A DNA stretch of 64,000 nucleotides from an uncultured Alphaproteobacteria bacterium (GTDB lineage Bacteria; Pseudomonadota; Alphaproteobacteria; Rs-D84). Below the pieces are notes generated by a model that was given only the letters and a program-made list of their open reading frames with translations, was not told the origin of the DNA and did no database searches. Positions 55,870-64,000 of the stretch are shown here, one piece after another. Location: the NCBI GenBank assembly GCA_934276735.1, contig CAKQTG010000001.1, positions 350,134 to 414,133 on the forward strand, written 5' to 3'. The first letter of the stretch is position 1. Each line of letters opens with the position of its first letter. The translations under genes and the position numbers were made by a program.

Positions 55870-58812
55870 ATGAGAAAGTTTGCAATTTTTTCAATGTTGG
55901 TTGCCGGTTTCTTTACCGCGGCAAATGCCGCCGTCCCGGTTCAACGTCGTGGTCAAAATGCTGCAAATTCCGGTGCGTCTGGCGCATCGGCCGCGCGCAG
56001 TGCAACCACATCGCCGCGTGGTGTGACCAATTCATCGGGCACGTTGACCGCGCGCAGCGCGACATCGGGTCGCACGACCGTATCGCGCAGTGCAACAACC
56101 CAGCCCACAACCCAGGGCGTCGTTGCGCGTGCCGGCACCACACAAAAAGTTATTGGCACCGGGACCAAGGTCGCGTCGGCCGCCAAAAACATTGTCGTCA
56201 GCGAGGCATGCCAACAGAAATACGACGGTTGTATGGATTCATTCTGTATGATTGATAACGCCAGTGGCGGTCGTTGCCTGTGCAGTGACCGAAACGCCGA
56301 ATTGGATTCTGTCCTGGCCGAGATAGAGAAGTTAGACCAGCAATCATATCAAATGGCAACCACCGGCGTTGAACGCATTGAAATGGGTGCCGATGCCGAC
56401 GCGGCAATGGCGACAGCAAATGCGGTGGCGGCCGACCTGCGTGGGGACAATGACAAGAAAAGTGCGCGTAAGTCGTTGGATTTAACGATGTGGAATTCGA
56501 CGGTTGATTTTGATGGCGATGATGACGTGTGGGCAGATGAGAGCACTAATGTGATAGAGGGTAAAACCGGTGACGCATTGTATCGCGTGTCGCACCAGAT
56601 TTGCGTGGCACAAATCCCAGAATGCGCCGGTGAAATGTCCATGTTGCAAATGATGTATTCCCAGCGGATAAAGTCTGATTGCGCCGCGTATGAGAACAGT
56701 TTAAAGCAACAGAAAAACGCCAGTGCAAATAAATTGTCGGCCGCGGAAAAGGCCCTGCGCGAGGCGGCGTTGGAACAATATCGCACGGCAAACAAATATG
56801 ATCTGGGGCAATGCACGGTTGAATTTAAAAACTGTATGATTTCGACCGGTGGTTGTGGCGATGATTTTTCGAAATGCGCATCGGTTGTGGCATCTGATAA
56901 CACCAACGTCAGAAAAAGCCGTCGCAGCAAAAACACAACATATGCGATTACTGGCGCGACAACGACGATTGAAATTTCAACATCAACGTATGACACGCTG
57001 GTTGCAAAGAAGCCCCTATGTGAAACCGTAACTAAACAGTGTGTAGCGGTTGCGGACCAGGTCTGGGATACTTTTTTGCGCGAGGTCGCACCTCAAATCA
57101 AATCTGCTGAACTTATTGCAGAAGACAATGCCAGACAATCTTGTATTTCTTCTATTTCAGATTGTTTCCAAAAGGCTTGTAAAGACACCATGGATCCTAA
57201 TGATCCCGATGGTTCTTATGACATGTGCTTGACCCGGCCGGAAACCATGCTCAATCTGTGCAAGATTCCACTGAACGCATGTGGTATTGATGCTTCTTCT
57301 GCCGCCAAGGCCGCAGAGTCACAGATTTGGGATTTCGTGGTCGCCAGATTGGCATCTATGCGCGTCGATGCCTGCACCAAGGAAGTCAAGTCTTGTCTGC
57401 AATCTGATGACCGCTGTGGCAAGGATTATGCTCAATGTGTAGGATTGGATACTGACACGATTATTCGTATGTGTCCATATGACAAGTTGGTTGGCTGTCA
57501 AAAAGTTTATGGCGAGAGTGAGGTTCGTGGTGACGCGGTGTATGAACAGTTGGCTGATATGGTCCAGGGTATCATGTTAAATATTGATAACAACATGCTG
57601 ACCCAGTGTCAAAATGCCGCCAATGCCGCAATGATAAAGGTCTGTGGTGATACCGAAAATTGCAACGGTTTGACCACTGACGACAATATTGGCGCGCGTT
57701 CATTAGAATACAAGATTTGCGAATATTCCAATTCAAGCGATTCGTTGGATATAAATTATTCCAAATGTCGCACGGATGTATCCCAGATTCTGGATTCTGA
57801 ATTGGGACGCGTCGAAGGTTCGACCAGCACCGAATTGGGACCGGTTACCCCGTTCGCGGGCGTATTGGATGGAACAATATATTGGGAAAGTGTTGACATT
57901 GACGAAGATGGCAAAGTATCAAGCGTTGATGATTATTTAAACAAAATTGATGGTGGTTCTATGTCTGCCGCCCAAAAGGAAAAGGTAAAATCTGAATTGG
58001 CGGTGTTACAGAAAAACATTGATGTTGCAATCGGCGCAATAGAGGCCGATCCAACAGTGCAATACTGTATGACCGGACGCGAGGTCCAGGGTATGAAGCG
58101 CAATGGTCGCGAGGTTCGCGATCGTCTTGGCAGCAAGTCCGCAGATGCCGTGCGTTTCCCAGGACTGACCAAGCAAATGCGTATGATTATCGCAACGCAT
58201 GCGCTGAAAGTTGCCAAGGATAATTATTATGCAAAATATGACAAATTAAATACCCAAATGTTGAAAGATTATGCGACGTTGGGTGAACGTATGGCGGAAA
58301 TCCAGGGTAAAAATGCATTGGATGCGCGTCGTGAAATTGCGCGCGAGGCATGTGTAACATTTGCAGAAGCCTCGTCGTTACCGAAATCACCAAATCCACC
58401 CAAGAGTGCGTTTGGCAAAATACTGGCGGCAACGGCAATTGTTGGCGCAGCGGTCGCGATACCGTTCACTGGTGGTGCATCAGCGGCCGTGGTCGCAATG
58501 GGACTCTCTTCATCTGGCCTGGCTGTTGCTGGTGCAGGTGTTGCAGTAGCTGGCATAGGTTTAGCCGGCAATATAGGCGGTGGAGCTAACGGCGAGGACG
58601 GTGGTGCACAGCGTCAATTGATTGGGTCCAAGCAATTGAACCAGTGGAATTACAAGGAAACAATTACATCCACATTTGAATGGGAAACACTGAATTGCCA
58701 TAAATGCGTTCGTGCACAAAAATGTGGCAAAACAGGCAGTCCGCTGTTCGGTAGTAAATATTGTAAATCTTGGGAAGAACCCAAAGAAACATGCAATGAT
58801 ACACAATTCTAA
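55870..58812 (+). CDS. Giant Cys-rich secreted/membrane-anchored protein, hypothetical
   Basis: 980 aa. It has signal peptide ...FTAANA and a Ser/Thr/Arg low-complexity stretch (ARSATTSPRG...ARSATSGRTTVSRSATT). Dozens of Cys follow in paired C-x(2-8)-C arrangements through a mostly helical-looking body. A Gly/Ala-rich hydrophobic segment (ILAATAIVGAAVAIPFTGGASAAVVAMGLSSSGLAVAGAGVAVAGIGLAGNIGGG) precedes a Cys-rich tail ending in ...CNDTQF. Confidence 0.75.
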   Translation: MRKFAIFSMLVAGFFTAANAAVPVQRRGQNAANSGASGASAARSATTSPRGVTNSSGTLTARSATSGRTTVSRSATTQPTTQGVVARAGTTQKVIGTGTKVASAAKNIVVSEACQQKYDGCMDSFCMIDNASGGRCLCSDRNAELDSVLAEIEKLDQQSYQMATTGVERIEMGADADAAMATANAVAADLRGDNDKKSARKSLDLTMWNSTVDFDGDDDVWADESTNVIEGKTGDALYRVSHQICVAQIPECAGEMSMLQMMYSQRIKSDCAAYENSLKQQKNASANKLSAAEKALREAALEQYRTANKYDLGQCTVEFKNCMISTGGCGDDFSKCASVVASDNTNVRKSRRSKNTTYAITGATTTIEISTSTYDTLVAKKPLCETVTKQCVAVADQVWDTFLREVAPQIKSAELIAEDNARQSCISSISDCFQKACKDTMDPNDPDGSYDMCLTRPETMLNLCKIPLNACGIDASSAAKAAESQIWDFVVARLASMRVDACTKEVKSCLQSDDRCGKDYAQCVGLDTDTIIRMCPYDKLVGCQKVYGESEVRGDAVYEQLADMVQGIMLNIDNNMLTQCQNAANAAMIKVCGDTENCNGLTTDDNIGARSLEYKICEYSNSSDSLDINYSKCRTDVSQILDSELGRVEGSTSTELGPVTPFAGVLDGTIYWESVDIDEDGKVSSVDDYLNKIDGGSMSAAQKEKVKSELAVLQKNIDVAIGAIEADPTVQYCMTGREVQGMKRNGREVRDRLGSKSADAVRFPGLTKQMRMIIATHALKVAKDNYYAKYDKLNTQMLKDYATLGERMAEIQGKNALDARREIAREACVTFAEASSLPKSPNPPKSAFGKILAATAIVGAAVAIPFTGGASAAVVAMGLSSSGLAVAGAGVAVAGIGLAGNIGGGANGEDGGAQRQLIGSKQLNQWNYKETITSTFEWETLNCHKCVRAQKCGKTGSPLFGSKYCKSWEEPKETCNDTQF

Positions 58813-58839
58813 AAAACGCCCATTCGGGCGTTTTTTTTT
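58811..58839. terminator. Bidirectional terminator between convergent genes
   Basis: AAAAAACGCCC-ATT-CGGGCGTTTTTTTTT; it overlaps both stop codons. Confidence 0.75.
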
Positions 58840-59899
58840 ATATCAAAACATCCAGGTCGTTTGTGATCACGACGCCGGCTTTTTCCCAGTCTGCGCGGCG
58901 GGCGTCGATGTTCATGATATTATCACATGTCATATATAATACTGGCACGACGCCCCGTGCGGCGGCAACACGGGTTGCGGCGACGACGGGCGATGGCTTT
59001 TGCCGGCCGGTTGCGAACCATGTGTCGCCATCGGCAACCCAGAAACTGGGGTCGTCATGTGTTGCGATTGCGTATTTGTCGGTGACGACTACGTCATCGT
59101 CGGTCGCAATAATCGGCATGTTGTGCGCGCCCAGAAAATCGGTTACCGTCGGTGCGCCGCTTGTATGGGTTGCGTCCACTGTGTTGGGCGTCGTGTCCGC
59201 CGTGGCCGGCACATCGTCGTGTGGAATTTCAACCGCAGTGTCGTCGTCAAATCCATCAAATTTTATTTCATGAAATACCGGGGCAGGGGTGTCGGAAATA
59301 TCGTGCCCAGTTGCGGCGTCAGGCGAAAAATCGTCAAACGTGCCAATATCGTCAAAGTCCGTGGGCAGTGGCAAATCGCCCGCGATATCTGTGGTTGGTT
59401 TTTGTGATGTTGTAATTTGTGATGCGACATTGTCCATCGCGCGCATGTCAAATGATGAAATCTGTTCGGTCCCAACGCGCCCGCGTGCGCGCAGGAACGC
59501 CCCACGCAGTTCCAGGGGCAGGCTGTCTGGTAATGGTTTCGCGGCCGGGGTGTCGTCCGCGGGTGCGGGTGTGTCGTCGGCGGGTGCATCGGCGGCGGCG
59601 GGCGGTGCAAACGCGCGCTTTAAAAATTTGGGAATTGGTATCGTGAACAGTGGTGCACCGCTGCGCGCGACCAATGTGGTTGTTGCGATATACATCGGCA
59701 CCGCGGCCAGAATTAAAATTCCAAACACAAAACCGGCGAACCCGCGCAGGTGTGCGTGTGCCAAATATGACCAGTGCAGCGATGAAAACATATTGAAATT
59801 AAACAGACCGCGCAAAATCGCCCACATTATGAACACATATGTGATTGTCCATGTGATTATGTGCCGGCGAGATTTGATAAAGTCTGTAACTTTTTGCAT
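58838..59899 (-). CDS. Membrane protein with acidic disordered linker, hypothetical
   Basis: 353 aa. Two N-terminal TM helices, then a Pro/Ala/Asp/Thr-rich region (APADDTPAPADDTPAAKP...), then a globular C-terminal domain (...SFWVADGDTWFATG...VLYMTCDN...). Confidence 0.65.
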   Translation of the reverse strand: MQKVTDFIKSRRHIITWTITYVFIMWAILRGLFNFNMFSSLHWSYLAHAHLRGFAGFVFGILILAAVPMYIATTTLVARSGAPLFTIPIPKFLKRAFAPPAAADAPADDTPAPADDTPAAKPLPDSLPLELRGAFLRARGRVGTEQISSFDMRAMDNVASQITTSQKPTTDIAGDLPLPTDFDDIGTFDDFSPDAATGHDISDTPAPVFHEIKFDGFDDDTAVEIPHDDVPATADTTPNTVDATHTSGAPTVTDFLGAHNMPIIATDDDVVVTDKYAIATHDDPSFWVADGDTWFATGRQKPSPVVAATRVAAARGVVPVLYMTCDNIMNIDARRADWEKAGVVITNDLDVLI

Positions 59900-60025
59900 G
59901 CGATTATTATAGACAATATATTATTTTTGTCAAGATTATAATCAAACGGTATTTTTGTCTAAAAAGGGCTTTTTTTTAGGTCTTTTTTATGGCATAATAA
60001 TGGGGATAAAAGTAGGAGATTTTTT

Positions 60026-62167
60026 ATGCAGAATTTGCTGAAAATGTTTGGTGTATCGGGCGCGCTGTTGGGGCTGGTTGCCACGGTTTCTGGGGCGGAC
60101 GCCGCCACAGGACGTGCGGCATACTCGAATATTCGTACGTCTGTAAATGCAAATACCGCGATTGGTCGTATGCCGTCGATGCCGACATTGCCGATAAATT
60201 CTGTGGGAAATTTGTCGCCAGATTTGCCGTCTGATGGTGGCACAACGCCCGATAATCCCAAGCCCGATGATCCAAAGCCGGACGATCCGAAACCAGATGA
60301 CCCCAAACCGGAATGCCCAGATGGTGGTGTTAAAAATTCAACGTATACAGTTGAAAACTGTATGACGGATATTCTGTCGTGTGTCAACGGTGGCGCGTTA
60401 CCGGGCGGTCTGAACGATTTGTTTAACGAAGATTTGCGTAACGCAATCGTCAACGGTATGGGATTGTGCACGGTCCAGGTGGAAAAGTGTATCGCAACCG
60501 TTCGTCGCAATTGCAGAAATGTTTATCGCACATCGGCCGACGTGTGGTTGGATTTCAATTCCCGCCGGATTCAGCCGGAATATTACAACTTTGTTTTGCG
60601 CAAAACGGGTCTGACCCCGAACCAGGCGGAAAACACATGCCGTTTGTTGGACAAGAACACATATGGCACATCGTTTAATGCGGTCGCCAATAATGGCGGT
60701 GTGACATCAGAATACAATAAACGCACCGGTGCGTATAACAGTCAACAGGGCAATGTCTTGGTCAAAAATAATCCCCAGGGTGTCCAGGTGAACGATAATA
60801 ACCCCGGCGTTGATGGCCAGCGTGGCCACTATGCGCGTTGGGACGCAACAACGGCGGATTGCTGGATTCGTGTTGCCGCGTATAACAAAGACAGCCAGAT
60901 TAAAAACAGCTGGTTGTTCGGTGCCGCCGGTGACGACAAAATGGCCGAAGCCTGGAAACAGGCTGGTGACACATTTACGTGTAACAAGGACCTGTTTGGA
61001 TTTTCATTGATGAACCAAACTAGCACGGCCGCGGTTGTCGGTATTGGTGGTGGAACATTGGTTGGTGCTGGTATCGGTGCAATTGCCGGACATGGTGCGC
61101 GCAATTTTGATTGCAGTAATGATGGCCAGGTGAAAAAACTGGGTGAACAGTTAAAGGCGTCGGGCAAGATTGCAATCTTGAACGAATATCTGGACGCGAG
61201 TAATCGTATCAGCAATAATTTCACAACATTGTCGCGGGCCCAGTGCGAGGATATCGTTGACCTGGCAGCATTGTATCCACAGTTGAGCTCGGCATTGTCG
61301 GATTGCGAAAGTATCAGCAACGTTTCGACATTGAATACGTGGACATTGACGCTCCATTGGGTGTCGACAGAACAGGAGAAAGCTCAAAACGCCCAAGCTA
61401 TAATGGAAAGCGTTTTCCCAAAGTGTAAAGGCATGACATTGCAACAGTGTGGCAACCTGTTGGCAAACCAGTGCCAGATGGGAACAAGTGACTGTATTGA
61501 ACAGTTAAAGACCGAAGGATATATTGATGGCGATTATGCACAGAACTTTACCCTTGATGTTAAAAGCAAGGAAGAACTGATTGGCAAGTGCACGTTCAAA
61601 CCGATAAACATTGCTAAAAGAAACGGTGAAATGATTTATTGCCAGAATCCAGAAGGCCAGGGTTGTCAAACCGCCACGGATCTTAGCTCTGATGTCAGAC
61701 GGCTGGGCGGGGCGTTGGATGATTTGGAAATCCTGAACGGTGAAAAATCCAATATGGCGAAAAGTATCGGTATCGGTGCAGCGGCGGGTGCTGGCACGGG
61801 TGGATTGGCCACGGCGATTACGGCATTTGTCGAACGCAGTAACATCAACTGTCGCGTTGGCGATGGTCTGGAACAGGTCGGATTCGGAAAATCGTATTCA
61901 ATTGGCACGCTGAAAGATTTCTATGTGAAATGGAATCTGCACCTGCCGGATACAATTGCGCCGACGGCAAATGTAACTGATTGCACGACATGGCGGGCGG
62001 CATGTGGAACGCTGACTGATTTGAAACAGTGCGCTGCGGCCCAAGTAAATTACCGGCCGGCCGACGCCCCAACAATCAGATTGATTCAGGCGGCGTGCAC
62101 CCCATCGGGCAGTGTGTGTATCGAAAACTATCCGGTTGCGGTATCATACGGCGCGTGCCAAGAGTAA
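60026..62167 (+). CDS. Large Cys-rich secreted/membrane protein, hypothetical
   Basis: 713 aa with RBS AGGAG and signal peptide ...VSGADA. A (PDDPK)x4 linker precedes a Cys-rich body (ENCMTDILSCVNGG...LCTVQVEKCIATVRRNC...). Two Gly/Ala-rich hydrophobic segments are present (AAVVGIGGGTLVGAGIGAIAG and SIGIGAAAGAGTGGLATAITAFV). Confidence 0.75.
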   Translation: MQNLLKMFGVSGALLGLVATVSGADAATGRAAYSNIRTSVNANTAIGRMPSMPTLPINSVGNLSPDLPSDGGTTPDNPKPDDPKPDDPKPDDPKPECPDGGVKNSTYTVENCMTDILSCVNGGALPGGLNDLFNEDLRNAIVNGMGLCTVQVEKCIATVRRNCRNVYRTSADVWLDFNSRRIQPEYYNFVLRKTGLTPNQAENTCRLLDKNTYGTSFNAVANNGGVTSEYNKRTGAYNSQQGNVLVKNNPQGVQVNDNNPGVDGQRGHYARWDATTADCWIRVAAYNKDSQIKNSWLFGAAGDDKMAEAWKQAGDTFTCNKDLFGFSLMNQTSTAAVVGIGGGTLVGAGIGAIAGHGARNFDCSNDGQVKKLGEQLKASGKIAILNEYLDASNRISNNFTTLSRAQCEDIVDLAALYPQLSSALSDCESISNVSTLNTWTLTLHWVSTEQEKAQNAQAIMESVFPKCKGMTLQQCGNLLANQCQMGTSDCIEQLKTEGYIDGDYAQNFTLDVKSKEELIGKCTFKPINIAKRNGEMIYCQNPEGQGCQTATDLSSDVRRLGGALDDLEILNGEKSNMAKSIGIGAAAGAGTGGLATAITAFVERSNINCRVGDGLEQVGFGKSYSIGTLKDFYVKWNLHLPDTIAPTANVTDCTTWRAACGTLTDLKQCAAAQVNYRPADAPTIRLIQAACTPSGSVCIENYPVAVSYGACQE

Positions 62168-62194
62168 TTTATTTATGGTTGCATTATGGTGTCC

Positions 62195-62223
62195 AAACGA
62201 ACCGCCCCACCGGGCGGTTTTTT
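62195..62223 (+). terminator. Rho-independent terminator after the 713-aa gene
   Basis: AACCGCCC-CACC-GGGCGGTTTTTT. Confidence 0.7.
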
Positions 62224-62224
62224 A

Positions 62225-63240
62225 TTAGAGAGCAACGCGCAGAGAGCAGAGAGCAATGAAAGTTCCCCTCCTGTGGAGGGGTGTCCGCCAGGACAGGGTG
62301 GTCTTGAGAATCCGTAATGTTGTAAAAAAAAGACCACCTCCCCGCTACGCGGGACTCCTCCACAGGAGGAGAACTTGCCACGCAACGGAAACGAAATAAA
62401 GTTCCCCTCTGGCCAGAGGAGGGGTGGCACGAAGTGCCGGGGTGTCGTATTCTTAGAGAGCAGAGTGTAGAGAGCAATGTTTGTGCTCGCGTTCGCTCGC
62501 AACACCACAGACCTGGATCCTGTGGTCAAGCCACAGGATGACGCCTATGAGAAAAAACGCGACGCAAATATGAACAATGTTCAGAAAATAAAATCTATAT
62601 CCAGCCTTCGTCATTCTGGGGCTTGACCCCAGAATCCAGGTGGATAGACTTGCGCGTATGCGCACCTTATGTGTCGCCTGCGGACTGCGTCCTTGCCGTA
62701 TCCTGCGCTTCGCTTGGATTCATTCCGGCCTACGCCGGTTGACGGTTCCCCATGGATTGCCGCGCTTCGCTCGCAATGACAAGGGGTGCGTGTCCTACGG
62801 TATGAAAATTCCCCTTCGCTGGCGAAGGGGTGGACGCCCCGGGCGGACGGGGTAGTGGTATTGTATGTCCCTGCGGGGCAATGGACCCCGGCCTGCGCCG
62901 GGGTGACGAGTATTTTGTAATTGGAAGCTTGTTTCTACGAATATTGTTCAAATTTAGGTGTGGTATTATTTTTAAGTCGTCATACCGGCGACGGCCGGTA
63001 TCCATTGCGTTCCCTTGGCATGTCGCAATTTGGTAATTAGTCACCAATAACAAAAAACGCACATGTTTGGACATGGCTCGCGTCCGCTCGCACTGTATAG
63101 TCCCTATTCCGGCCTGCGCAGGAATGACAAGGTCTTGGGAAAGGTCTGGGGTTTGTGCCATATTTTACGTGTATTGTGCACCGATGAAATACGAGAAAAT
63201 TTAAAATGGGGGCTGGCAATAATACTATCAGATAGTTGTG
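62225..63240. repeat. About 1 kb repeat-only tract of nested palindromic mosaic elements (families A-D and others)
   Basis: It begins with TTAGAGAGCAACGCGCAGAGAGCAGAGAGCAATG, the exact reverse complement of 7298-7331. It also contains GTTCCCCTC..GAGGGG hairpins, a second AGAGAGCA block at about 62455-62478, CGCTCGCAATGAC units, a 48-nt unit at 62811-62858, CCCAGAATCC / CCGGCCTGCGCCGGGGTGACG-type units and hairpins such as GGGGCTTGACCCC. The track ORFs here translate into known-looking junk peptides (RFARNDK, VIASEARQS, PAQAGI). Confidence 0.85.
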
Positions 63241-63274
63241 GGACTATTTCTGCCAGGAACGCAGAATATAAAAA

Positions 63275-64000
63275 CTAGGTATTGCTGATAAAGTCTGCTT
63301 CCCAGTAATACCATGACGCGCGTGTTGCGCCATAGCTGGTGCAACCACGGTTTACGTATGGGTATTTACTCTGTGCGGCGGCAGTTATTACACCATGATA
63401 ATTCCCAGGCGATACTGTTTCGGCACAGTCGTTATCATCTGTAACATAAAAATCAGGTTGAAAACACCGTGCGTAAAAACGAATTTTCTTTCTCTCTGTT
63501 TGGGTAACTGCGTAATAGCCACGCGTTGCCTGGGATAATTTTAGATAGCCATTTTCGGATTTGCATAATTCAAACATGGCTGCCAATTGTGATTCTTCGG
63601 TGGCGGTCAGATCGGTTGGATAATATTTGCTTTCGATACCGTTGGCGATAAGTGTTTGATTTCGTTCCTGGGATGTGATTTTTGTTTTCAGGTCACTGGA
63701 ATTTGTAACTGCAACAGCGGCGACATTTGTCGCCGCCGTGATATTTTGGTCGCTTGTTTGTTGTGTTGCAGTAATGCCGGCATTGTTTAACAACTGTTGC
63801 GCGGTATTTTGTATTGAACCTGCATTTGTGCCTGTGCCATCGCAGGTGCCTGCGGTAATTGTTACCTTGACGTGACGACATGTTTGATCGTTGGGTTGTG
63901 GGTGTCTGGTTGTGTCGCATTCCGTGTCGGCTTTTCCTGTTGATTCGAAGCTGGGAGCACCCTGGGTGAAAACTTGTTTTAATATTCCCGTAACCGCGTC
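63275..64000 (-). CDS. Hypothetical Thr/Cys-containing protein, 3' part (5' end beyond window)
   Basis: The track starts it at TTG 63793. My hand translation shows the frame stays open upstream to nt 64000 (…DAVTGILKQVFTQGAPSFESTGKADTECDTTRHPQPNDQTCRHVKVTITAGTCDGTGTNAGSIQNTAQQ-LLNNAG…). The gene therefore probably continues beyond the window. Confidence 0.55.
   Translation of the reverse strand, partial: DAVTGILKQVFTQGAPSFESTGKADTECDTTRHPQPNDQTCRHVKVTITAGTCDGTGTNAGSIQNTAQQLLNNAGITATQQTSDQNITAATNVAAVAVTNSSDLKTKITSQERNQTLIANGIESKYYPTDLTATEESQLAAMFELCKSENGYLKLSQATRGYYAVTQTERKKIRFYARCFQPDFYVTDDNDCAETVSPGNYHGVITAAAQSKYPYVNRGCTSYGATRASWYYWEADFISNT

Noticed and set aside
62225-63240. A possible CRISPR array in the 1 kb repeat tract.
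   Set aside because: The repeats belong to several different families. They occur in both orientations, are irregularly spaced and are individually palindromic with variable sequence. There is no constant repeat/spacer periodicity and there are no cas genes.

Overview
This is a bacterial chromosome segment from a Gram-negative organism (TolB, Pal and several outer-membrane beta-barrels are present). The gene order looks alphaproteobacterial: rpsM-rpsK-rpoA-rplQ lacks rpsD, and there is no adk, infA or rpmJ after secY. The genetic code is standard (TAA and TGA stops).

Housekeeping content:
- The 3' end of dnaN, then ppa, efp, an M16 peptidase plus class II fba, tolB, a secreted nuclease, and the minus-strand operon ftsE-ftsX-DUF218-plsC.
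- pal, rbfA, a GNAT acetyltransferase, lepA, acpP-fabF, an acyl-CoA synthetase, tRNA-Pro(CGG) and mltG.
- An almost complete str/S10/spc/alpha ribosomal supercluster at 35.2-54.9 kb. It includes rpmD, which is below the ORF-track length cutoff.

Accessory or unusual content:
1. At 11.65-18.5 kb, five tandem genes encode secreted collagen-like or tail-fibre-like proteins with shared N- and C-terminal modules and near-identical exchanged cassettes.
2. At 22.3-26.5 kb, six tightly packed paralogous small cytoplasmic proteins (conserved IKYYL N-terminus, 4-Cys modules) are followed by a probably inactive tyrosine integrase. The block sits between lepA and acpP.
3. At 55.9-64 kb, very large cysteine-rich secreted/membrane proteins flank a membrane protein.
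4. Intergenic DNA carries families of short palindromic mosaic repeats, including a 1 kb repeat-only tract at 62.2-63.2 kb.
5. The 3' end of the tRNA-Pro gene is duplicated.
6. Intercistronic hairpins with covarying stems occur inside the S10/spc operon.
7. The rpsK-rpoA junction is interrupted.

I saw no rRNA, CRISPR array, reverse transcriptase or complete prophage. All functional calls rest on motif and architecture recognition by eye plus gene context. No database search or folding computation was possible.
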